This document shows, one piece after another, positions 36,751 through 44,125 of a DNA stretch of 44,125 nucleotides. The position numbers were made by a program, and so were the translations under genes. Location of the stretch: NCBI GenBank assembly GCA_964471005.1, contig CAYYIC010000001.1, positions 1 to 44,125 of the forward strand. The letters are read 5' to 3'. The DNA comes from an uncultured Staphylococcaceae bacterium. GTDB lineage: Bacteria; Bacillota_I; Bacilli_A; RFN20; CAG-826. Position 1 is the stretch's first letter, and every line of letters starts with the position of its first letter. The notes beneath the pieces were generated by a model. That model saw only the letters and a list, made by a program, of their open reading frames with translations. It was not told the origin of the DNA and did not search any database.

Positions 36751-37647
36751 ATGGATAAGATTAAAGTGCCGTTTTTTGAGAAGACGGAACTCGATAATTA
36801 CATCGACCAGATGATCGACGAACTTCGCCAAGATGTCGAAGTTTATGAGCTTATTAAGATGACGATAAACCCGACCCTCAAGATGGTGCGGGAGAATATT
36901 TCCAAATTCATCGCCTTTAAAGAAGATTATGATTATTGCCGCAAATGTCCGGGTGTTGATAACTGTCGCAAAGCGACACCGCACTTGCAACTCCGCCTTA
37001 TCAACGACGATGGCATCATCGAACGCTCGTTTGCTCCGTGCGACAAGATTTTAAAACGCATTGAAATCGACAGCAAATACATCTATGCCGATTTCCCTGA
37101 AGAGTGGAAAGAATCGACTTTAAAAATGATTGATAAAACCATCGAACGTAGTCGCATCATAAAAATTTTCAGTCTCATCTTGCAGCAGGAAACGAATCGT
37201 TGGGTTTACACGCGAGGCGGACATCGCGTTGGAAAATCCTTCTTGATGGCGACCTTGGTCAACGAATTCATCGCCATCACCAAATCACCGGCAGCCTTTA
37301 TCAACTGCGCGAATCGCATCAAGGAACTAAATGACCTATCTTTTAGCGATAAGAGCGCCTTCGCCAAGAAAATCGTCGAATTATCCAACGTTCCGCTCCT
37401 TGTCATGGATGATTTTGGCAACGAATATAAAAATGATTTTATTCGCGATACGATCGTCCTGCCGATTCTCATCGAAAGAGCCAAAAATCAACGGCTGACC
37501 TTTTTTACGAGCGATTTTTCGATTGATGAAATCGCCCAACTATATGACACCAGCAAAGCTGGAGGAATACGGGCCAAGCAGTTATCTCGCCTGTTAAAAG
37601 AAATGGCCGAAGATGAATTTGATTTAAGCGGAGTCTCCGTCTATTAA
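36751..37647 (+). CDS. dnaI: primosomal helicase loader DnaI (AAA+)
   Basis: 298 aa with N-terminal zinc-binding cysteines (CRKCPGVDNC...APC), Walker A GGHRVGKS and Walker B LLVMDDFG. It starts 5 nt after dnaB. Confidence 0.9.
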   Translation: MDKIKVPFFEKTELDNYIDQMIDELRQDVEVYELIKMTINPTLKMVRENISKFIAFKEDYDYCRKCPGVDNCRKATPHLQLRLINDDGIIERSFAPCDKILKRIEIDSKYIYADFPEEWKESTLKMIDKTIERSRIIKIFSLILQQETNRWVYTRGGHRVGKSFLMATLVNEFIAITKSPAAFINCANRIKELNDLSFSDKSAFAKKIVELSNVPLLVMDDFGNEYKNDFIRDTIVLPILIERAKNQRLTFFTSDFSIDEIAQLYDTSKAGGIRAKQLSRLLKEMAEDEFDLSGVSVY

Positions 37648-39041
37648 CGGATGAACTTTTTAAGTTGAACGTGTAACTTTTTTAAGGTCGACGAATTGTC
37701 CACGATAAACGTCGCCTTTTCTTTATTGCGTTTCGCATCGAAGCCGGCGTTGAGATCAACAAGCGTCGCGTAAGGAAGAGTTCGCTCTGCTAATCTCTTT
37801 TTTTGGACCTCAGGTGTGATATCAACATACATTGTCTCGTCGCAGTAATCGTCGAGTTTAGCTTCAAAAAGAAGCGGCATCTCAATGGCAATTTTGTCAT
37901 TTTTGCGAGCTGATTTGATGGTTTTGACGACAGCTTCTTCGACGAGGGGATGCAAGAGCTTTTCAAGGCGCCGCTTTTTATTGGGATCAGAGATGATGGT
38001 TTCAGCGATAAAACGCTTGTCGGGACTTCCGTCATCGGAAAGCGCATTTTGTCCAAATAATTTTACAATCTTCGAACGGATCTTTTCCTCTTCATAAAGG
38101 TTCTTGACGATGTTGTCACCGCTTAGAGAGACGTATCCATTATCGGAAAAAAATTGCAAAACTGCCGATTTGCCAGAACCGATGGGGCCGGTGATGCCGA
38201 GGACATAAGGAAGAGAGACATCTTTTTGGCATGTGGGGCAAAAAGTTGTTCCGCGACCACCGACGAAAATTTTGCGCATTGTATGATTGCATCGCGGGCA
38301 CGGTAAATTTGCCTTTCCGTAAGCGTTAAGCTTCGTCTGGAAACCGCCGTCGATGCCTTGGCTCGGATGGTAGCTGCGAATGGTCGAACCGCCACTTTGA
38401 ATTGCCATATTTAGCACGCTGATGCTGGCTTCGATGAGGCAATCGAGCTGTTCTAAAGTAATAAGTTTAGCGGGAGTTTCGGGGTGAATTCTTGTCAGAT
38501 ATAAAACTTCATCGACATAGATGTTGCCGAGGCCGGAAAGAAATGTTTGATCGAGTAATACCGCTTTTATCGGAATCGATTTGTTCGCTAATTTGGCCAT
38601 TAATTTTGCTTTGTCACGCACCTCGAATGGTTCAGGGCCGAGGTTCGAAAGCGGGGGAGTGATGCGATAAGTCGATGCCGTGGATAGCTTCATCAAACCG
38701 AATTTGCGAGTGTCATTATATTCGAGGACAGTGTCGTCGGAAAAGATGAAGGCGACACAGGTGTGCTTATCATATTCTGGCAATAAGTGATCGTGATAAA
38801 AATACTTTCCTTCCATGCGGAGATGCGATAAAAAAACGACGTCTTTATCGAGATGAAATATTAAGAATTTGCCGATGCGAGAAATATTTTGAATCGTCTT
38901 ATCCTTTAAACTCTTGCTAAAAGCAAGATGGTCGCCTTCGATCGTCTTTCGATTGAGGATTATGACATCGCGAATTTGCTTTCCGACGACAAATTTTAGG
39001 AGGATATTTTTAATCGTTTCGACTTCTGGTAGTTCAGGCAT
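37644..39041 (-). CDS. bifunctional fusion: formamidopyrimidine-DNA glycosylase (MutM/Fpg) + dephospho-CoA kinase (CoaE)
   Basis: 465 aa in one frame. Residues 1-272 (nt 38226-39041) carry MPELPEVE, an H2TH region and the zinc finger CPRC-x16-CPTC. Residues about 279-465 (nt 37647-38207) begin with YVLGITGPIGSGKS, the CoaE P-loop. The linker is KDVSLP. Confidence 0.92.
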   Translation of the reverse strand: MPELPEVETIKNILLKFVVGKQIRDVIILNRKTIEGDHLAFSKSLKDKTIQNISRIGKFLIFHLDKDVVFLSHLRMEGKYFYHDHLLPEYDKHTCVAFIFSDDTVLEYNDTRKFGLMKLSTASTYRITPPLSNLGPEPFEVRDKAKLMAKLANKSIPIKAVLLDQTFLSGLGNIYVDEVLYLTRIHPETPAKLITLEQLDCLIEASISVLNMAIQSGGSTIRSYHPSQGIDGGFQTKLNAYGKANLPCPRCNHTMRKIFVGGRGTTFCPTCQKDVSLPYVLGITGPIGSGKSAVLQFFSDNGYVSLSGDNIVKNLYEEEKIRSKIVKLFGQNALSDDGSPDKRFIAETIISDPNKKRRLEKLLHPLVEEAVVKTIKSARKNDKIAIEMPLLFEAKLDDYCDETMYVDITPEVQKKRLAERTLPYATLVDLNAGFDAKRNKEKATFIVDNSSTLKKLHVQLKKFIR

Positions 39042-39053
39042 ATGTCTTCCCCT

Positions 39054-41648
39054 TCATTTGGCGTCATACCAGGTTCGGCCGACGCCGCCATCGACTTTTA
39101 ATTTGACATCTAGAGCGATGACATTTTCCATTATTTTGCTTATTTCCTGACGAACTATTTCTATTTCATCAACATGAACTTTAAAGAGCAATTCGTCGTG
39201 AATCTGCAAGACCAGCCGCGTCTTGTAGTTCTTCTGCTCGAGCATATCTTGCACTTTTACCATCGCCAATTTGATCAGATCGGCAGCCGTGCCTTGAATG
39301 GGAGCGTTCATCGCTGCCCGACGGGCAAATTCGCGCACTTGATAGTTGCTATCATAGAGCTCGCGAAGATAGCGGCGGCGCCCGAAAAGCGTCGAGACAT
39401 ATCCATCTTTAAACGCCTGATCGACGACCGTTTGCAAATATTCGCTGACTTCCGGATATGTCGCAAAGAAGGCCTCGATAATCGCTTTCGCTTCTTTGGG
39501 TGGAATTTCTAACTGTTCGGCTAACCCCCAATCGGAGATGCCATAGATAATTCCGAAGTTGATGGCTTTGGCTTTTCGTCTGGCCCCGGAATCGCTCGTG
39601 TTGAAGATGGCATTAGCGGTGGCCGAGTGGACGTCTTCATCGCGGTTAAAGACCTCGATAAATGATTGGCACTTGCTAAGAGAAGCGAGAATGCGAAGCT
39701 CGATTTGCGAGTAGTCGAAAGAGAGAATTTGGTAGTTTTCATCAGGATAGTAAAAAGCCTGACGAATCAATCGCCCCTCTTCGTCGCGAATCGAGATGTT
39801 TTGCAAGTTTGGTTCGCTTGACGAAAGGCGACCGGTCGTCGTCAAGGCTTGATTAAAAATAGCGTGGAGTTTTCCATCTTCGTGAATGTGGACGACTAAG
39901 CCGTCAATATAGGTTGAAAGCAACTTAGCGTATTTGCGATATTCGAGAATTTTAGCGGCGATGGGGTGAGTTCCAGTCAATTTTTTTAAGGTATCGACCG
40001 AAGTCGAATCTTTGCGATTGCCCGGAAGAGCGAGTTTTACAAAGAGGATTTCACCGACCTGCTTGGGCGAATTTATGTTAAATTCTTCGCCGGCTAGAGC
40101 GTATATTTCAGCCGTTAAATTCTTGAGGCTCTCGCGATAGTTCGCGCCGATTTTTTCAAGGGCTTTAGCGTCGAGCGGAAAACCTTCGATTTCCATCTTC
40201 GCCAACACGTTAGCCAGTGGTAATTCGATATCTTTGTAAAGTTCATATGCCGCGTGTTTTTTTAGTTCTTCGAGAACGCGATTCTTTAATTTTGAAGTCA
40301 AATAAGCGATTTTTACCGCCTTTAACGAATTTGATTCATCAAAAAGCGAAACTTCTTGATTATCTTTTCCTTGAGCGTCGACACCAAAATAGTTAAGGAC
40401 TGAATCGACATTATTTTTTAAAGAAGAATCGAGGAGATAAGAGGCTAAAAGCAAATCGAAATCGACACCTAAAAGAGCGATGCCGAGGCGGTGTAAGGCG
40501 ACGGTGGTGGCTTTGACGTCAAAACAAGATTTGCCGACTTTTGCGTTTTCGAGTAGATTTTTTAGCGCATCATCGCCAGCGATATCATCAATGCTTACAT
40601 AATAATGGTTCATCCCGTCGCTGAGAGCGAGGCCAAAAATGGGCGTTTTAAAATAGTTTTCTTCTTTCATATCGACATAGATGGCTATTTTTTGTCCTAG
40701 GTTTACTCCTGTAAGCGACGATATCTTCTTGTATTCAATTTTTTCATCGCCTTCCGAGTCAATCTTAAACTTGCTCGGCAGCCGATTGAGCAATTGCTTG
40801 AGCTCGTAGCGCTGGCCAAACTCGTTGATGCGGTCAAAGGCATAGCCTCGATAGATAAGATCATCGAGAGAAAATGGCAGCTCGATATCCGTTTTAATCG
40901 TCGCTAAGCGCTTCGACATCTCCCCAATTTTTTGATGGGTGATGAGGTTTTCGCCAATCTTGCCACTAATATTTGCAGCCTCTTCAAGAATTTTCTCGAA
41001 AGTGCCGTATTCCTGCAAAAGTTTAATCGCCGTCTTCTCCCCGATTCCAGGGATACCCGGCAGATTATCGCTCGCATCGCCGCGAAGCCCTTTATAGTCG
41101 GGAATCTGCGTCGGCGAGATGCCGAATTCCTGCGGCATCGTCACTTCGTCCATAACCGTGATATTCGACATTCCCGTCTTCAGGATGTGAATCGCGATAT
41201 TATGATCGATAAGCTGCAAAAAATCGCGATCAGAAGTGTAGACGATAACTTGATGTCCGGCCCGACTTGCCACTTTGGCGATCGTCCCGCACACATCATC
41301 GGCTTCATAACCTTCTTGTTCGTAGACAAAGATGCCGAGCGAAGTAAGGAGTTCGCGAGCGAGGGGCATCTGCACGACCAAATCGGCGTCGGTCGGCTTC
41401 CGATTAGCTTTGTAGGCTTCATACTCGCCATTGCGAAAGGTTTTTTTCCCGACATCAAAACCGACGATTACATGCTCCCCTCCTTTAAAAGAGGAGATGA
41501 TTTTGTTAATCATATTGCCAAAGGCAAATAAAGCATTTGTTGGTATGCCGTCTTTCGTGCGCATAACCTTGGCGTTAGGGCCATAAGCGGTAGCGTAATA
41601 GGCGCGGAAGAGCAAGGAGTTACCATCGATGACATATACTTTTGACAT
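39054..41648 (-). CDS. polA: DNA polymerase I
   Basis: 864 aa with a 5' nuclease domain (YVIDGNSLLFRAYYA) and polymerase motifs A (DYSQIELRILA), B (RRKAKAINFGIIYG) and C (QIHDELLF). The GGAGG Shine-Dalgarno lies inside the end of dnaE. Confidence 0.97.
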   Translation of the reverse strand: MSKVYVIDGNSLLFRAYYATAYGPNAKVMRTKDGIPTNALFAFGNMINKIISSFKGGEHVIVGFDVGKKTFRNGEYEAYKANRKPTDADLVVQMPLARELLTSLGIFVYEQEGYEADDVCGTIAKVASRAGHQVIVYTSDRDFLQLIDHNIAIHILKTGMSNITVMDEVTMPQEFGISPTQIPDYKGLRGDASDNLPGIPGIGEKTAIKLLQEYGTFEKILEEAANISGKIGENLITHQKIGEMSKRLATIKTDIELPFSLDDLIYRGYAFDRINEFGQRYELKQLLNRLPSKFKIDSEGDEKIEYKKISSLTGVNLGQKIAIYVDMKEENYFKTPIFGLALSDGMNHYYVSIDDIAGDDALKNLLENAKVGKSCFDVKATTVALHRLGIALLGVDFDLLLASYLLDSSLKNNVDSVLNYFGVDAQGKDNQEVSLFDESNSLKAVKIAYLTSKLKNRVLEELKKHAAYELYKDIELPLANVLAKMEIEGFPLDAKALEKIGANYRESLKNLTAEIYALAGEEFNINSPKQVGEILFVKLALPGNRKDSTSVDTLKKLTGTHPIAAKILEYRKYAKLLSTYIDGLVVHIHEDGKLHAIFNQALTTTGRLSSSEPNLQNISIRDEEGRLIRQAFYYPDENYQILSFDYSQIELRILASLSKCQSFIEVFNRDEDVHSATANAIFNTSDSGARRKAKAINFGIIYGISDWGLAEQLEIPPKEAKAIIEAFFATYPEVSEYLQTVVDQAFKDGYVSTLFGRRRYLRELYDSNYQVREFARRAAMNAPIQGTAADLIKLAMVKVQDMLEQKNYKTRLVLQIHDELLFKVHVDEIEIVRQEISKIMENVIALDVKLKVDGGVGRTWYDAK

Positions 41649-41650
41649 TC

Positions 41651-44125
41651 TTATTCCTCCAAGCTCGTGATTTCGTTGGCGATAAAGACATTTTCGCGTT
41701 TTTGGTCGATGTAGCCGATGACGCGGACGATTTTTTTCTTTTGTAGAATTTCGTAAGTTAAGGCGTAAGTCTTGGAAAAGATGGTGACATCGATGTCACC
41801 GCTATTATCGTATATATTGATAAAAGCCATCGGCATTCCGCTTCGCGTATTGATGGTCTTGACGGTGCGGATGACACCGACGATTTGGACGTTTGGACTT
41901 TGACTCTCGCGAGCATCGCTAATCGCGATAATCGGATACTTTTTGATGACATCGCTTTTATATGTGAGGGGCGAACCGGAAATCATGAGGCCTAAAGCTT
42001 CGAATTCGCGGTCGAGATTGTCTAATGGATCGTCAAACGCCTCGGCATAGCGCGGTTTGCTAGAAAATGGCAAATCGATGATTGTCTGTCCGTCTTTCGA
42101 ATAGAGCATCGAGCCGTAGCGAAGGGCGCTGTTGATGGTGGCGCGTAGCGACGATCTTGATATTTTGAAGTTATCGAAAGCCCCGGCATCGATTAATTTG
42201 CCAATTTGATTCTGATTGATTTTGGAGTTTATCATCCGCGCGACAAAGTCGAAGAAATCGACGAAAGGACCGCCATTATTGCGCTCTTTGATAATCGCAT
42301 CGACTAATGTCCCAAGAATTCCTTTAACGGCGAATAAGGGAAAGATGAGGGCTCCCTCTTGAACGATGAAAGTCTGCCCGGAACGGTTGATGTCGGGATT
42401 GAGAATCGAAATCCCCATCTTGCGAACTTCGTTGAGCGTTTCGTTGAATTTGGTATCGTTACTGCCCGAGGAACTGCCGAGGATAGCGGCGTAGAATTCC
42501 GGAGTATAATAGGTTTTTAAATAAGCCATCTGACAAGCTAAAACAGCGTAGCAAAGCGAGTGGCTACGGTTAAAACCGTAATCGGCGAATTTGTAGATGA
42601 GATCAAAAACGGATTTGGCCTCGCTACGCGGATAGCTATTTTTCGTCGCACCAGCGATAAAATCATTTTCTAAACTCGATAGTTGTGCGCTGTCTTTTTT
42701 CGAAATCGCCCGACGAAAAACATCCGCTTGGCCATAAGAGAAATTGGCCATCTTGCGCACGATCTGCGTGATTTGCTCCTGATAGACGATAATTCCGTAT
42801 GTCGACGCCAATATCTCTTCGAGAGCTTTAGAAGGATAGATGATTTGCTCCTTCTTCTTTTTGCGCCTGGCGTAACTCGGAATGTTATCCATCGGTCCGG
42901 GGCGAAAAAGAGCGAGCAGAGCCACGATATCTTCAAAAGCCTCGGGCTCTAAGGTCGCAATCGCTTTTTTCATGCCGGCTGATTCGAGTTGGAAAAGACC
43001 CATCGTCCGTCCTTCTTTGATGATGCGAATCGCTTTTTTGTCTTCGAATGGTATTTCCTGATAATTGAGATTGACACCGCGATTTCGTCTGATTAAGGAT
43101 AGGCATTCGTCGACGATTGAGAGATTGCGAAGGCCGAGAATGTCCATCTTTAGAAATCCTTGTTCTTCGAGGTAGCTCATTTCGTACTCAGCAATGTAAT
43201 CGCCATTAAAATCGACATTGACCGGCAAAACTTCTTCAAGCGGAGAATCATTGAGGACAATGCCGGCGGCATGAAGGCCGGATTGGCGGGGTAAACCCTC
43301 GATTAAAGCGGCGAGACTTACGATGTTAAGATAGTACTTATCACTGTCGATAAGTTTCTTAAAAGCGGGATTTTTGCGGTAGTTTTCACGAAGTGAAGAA
43401 TTGGCGTCGGTAATCAATTTAGAAATCAAATCGATTTCCCGGGTTTCAATTTTATAGACGCGGCCGATATCGCGAAGAGCCTGCTTGGCGCCGATGGTCT
43501 GAATCGTCATGATATTGGCAACTTTGTCTTTTCCATATTTAAGACGAAGATAATCGATGATCTCGCTTCTCCGCACATCGGAGAAGTCAATGTCGATATC
43601 CGGCATCGACTGCCTTTCAGGATTAAGAAAGCGCTCAAAGAGCAAGCGGTGTTTGATGGGATCGCACGAGACGATGCCAAGGGCATAGCTGACCAGCGAA
43701 CCGGCGGCGCTGCCTCTTCCGGGACCGACGGAGATGCCGCGCTCATGGGCAAAAGCGACATAATCGGCGACGATTAAAAAGTAGTCGCTGTATCCCATCT
43801 TGGCGATTACCTCTAATTCGTAATGTAGCCGCTCGAGATATTCATGGCTCGGATTAGAAATTTTTGTTTGCAAACCCGCGAGAGCTTTGCTTTTTAAAAA
43901 ATCATCACTCGATATCTGCGCGCTATTTTGATAGCGGAGCAGATGACCGCGCTTTTGATCAAAACGAAAAGTGTTGAGTTTTGCTAAAGATTCTGTGCTC
44001 TTGATTTCTTGCTCGGTATACAAACGGGCGATTTCTTCTTTTGTCAAAAGATATTCCGATCCTTCGAGCTCCTTGATTTCCAATTCGCTTTCAGCGCGTA
44101 TGGCTTTTGCAATTTCAAGGACGAT
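41651..44125 (-). CDS. dnaE: DNA polymerase III alpha subunit DnaE, N-terminal (PHP) part beyond window
   Basis: The frame stays open to nt 44125. DnaE palm/fingers motifs include GPGRGSAAGSLVSYALGI, PDIDIDF and HAAGIVL, with a C-terminal OB fold. About 825 codons are visible and the PHP domain is missing, so the gene is truncated by the window edge. Confidence 0.95.
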   Translation of the reverse strand: MVLEIAKAIRAESELEIKELEGSEYLLTKEEIARLYTEQEIKSTESLAKLNTFRFDQKRGHLLRYQNSAQISSDDFLKSKALAGLQTKISNPSHEYLERLHYELEVIAKMGYSDYFLIVADYVAFAHERGISVGPGRGSAAGSLVSYALGIVSCDPIKHRLLFERFLNPERQSMPDIDIDFSDVRRSEIIDYLRLKYGKDKVANIMTIQTIGAKQALRDIGRVYKIETREIDLISKLITDANSSLRENYRKNPAFKKLIDSDKYYLNIVSLAALIEGLPRQSGLHAAGIVLNDSPLEEVLPVNVDFNGDYIAEYEMSYLEEQGFLKMDILGLRNLSIVDECLSLIRRNRGVNLNYQEIPFEDKKAIRIIKEGRTMGLFQLESAGMKKAIATLEPEAFEDIVALLALFRPGPMDNIPSYARRKKKKEQIIYPSKALEEILASTYGIIVYQEQITQIVRKMANFSYGQADVFRRAISKKDSAQLSSLENDFIAGATKNSYPRSEAKSVFDLIYKFADYGFNRSHSLCYAVLACQMAYLKTYYTPEFYAAILGSSSGSNDTKFNETLNEVRKMGISILNPDINRSGQTFIVQEGALIFPLFAVKGILGTLVDAIIKERNNGGPFVDFFDFVARMINSKINQNQIGKLIDAGAFDNFKISRSSLRATINSALRYGSMLYSKDGQTIIDLPFSSKPRYAEAFDDPLDNLDREFEALGLMISGSPLTYKSDVIKKYPIIAISDARESQSPNVQIVGVIRTVKTINTRSGMPMAFINIYDNSGDIDVTIFSKTYALTYEILQKKKIVRVIGYIDQKRENVFIANEITSLEE

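Noticed and set aside
40932-41531. A 199-aa plus-strand ORF lies antisense to polA. Similar nested or antisense ORFs occur at 31492-31911, 31281-31688, 12000-12292, 1908-2276 and 2206-2565.
   Set aside because: All lie entirely within strongly supported conserved genes (polA, thrS, glgD, priA). They lack ribosome-binding sites and have compositions (Arg/Ser/Ala-rich) typical of off-frame translation.
39054-41648. I considered whether PolA retains an active 3'-5' exonuclease.
   Set aside because: The Exo I region appears to read VDMKEEN rather than a clear DxE motif. I cannot align the three exo motifs reliably by eye, so I make no claim either way.
1-44125. I considered alternative genetic code (TGA = Trp), mobile elements, CRISPR arrays, tRNA/rRNA genes and defence islands.
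   Set aside because: All conserved proteins are full length under the standard code, and TGA terminates prpC, trmB and the ROK kinase gene at family-typical lengths. I saw no direct-repeat arrays, no transposase, integrase or phage-like ORFs, no tRNA T-loop (GGTTCGAATCC-like) signatures in the intergenic DNA, and no rRNA-like stretches.

Overview
This window is a densely packed core-genome segment from a low- to moderate-GC, Bacilli-like Firmicute, possibly a reduced-genome relative of Erysipelotrichia or Acholeplasma. It reads correctly under the standard code: TGA is a real stop for prpC and trmB, and all housekeeping proteins are full length. About 40 protein genes are recognisable, and nearly all sit in blocks syntenic with the Bacillus subtilis ylo and yt regions:
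- Block 1: gmk-priA-(146 aa)-rsmB-like-rlmN-prpC-prkC-rsgA-rpe-(membrane protein), then rpmB on the opposite strand.
- Block 2: glgC-glgD-glgA-leuS.
- Block 3: coaX-ECF S component-pepV-trmB-M42 peptidase-ytpR-NAPRTase.
- Block 4: LacI/CcpA-like regulator-tyrS, rpsD opposite, then ezrA-nifS-thiI.
- Block 5, minus strand: rplT-rpmI-infC-thrS, then ROK kinase-pfkA.
- Block 6: dnaB-dnaI.
- Block 7, minus strand: mutM::coaE-polA-dnaE.

The cis-regulatory RNAs and sites readable in the sequence are a Thr (ACC) T-box before thrS, an L20-type attenuator leader before infC, an rpsD leader, three bidirectional terminators and two cre-type palindromes.

I found no rRNA or tRNA genes, CRISPR arrays, transposases, integrases, prophage genes or defence-type genes, so I cannot honestly point to a new multi-gene system here. 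The observations most worth a second look are:
- An RsmB homologue that has lost its SAM-binding motif and both catalytic cysteines but stays translationally coupled in the operon.
- An in-frame MutM-CoaE fusion.
- A PrkC kinase with no transmembrane or PASTA region.
- A remodelled priA-rsmB interval that lacks def and fmt.
- An unusually long, unexplained 454-nt spacer upstream of a glgCDA-leuS unit that lacks glgB.
- A perfect cre in the position typical of CcpA activation upstream of pfkA.
- A probable non-AUG (AUA) start for infC.
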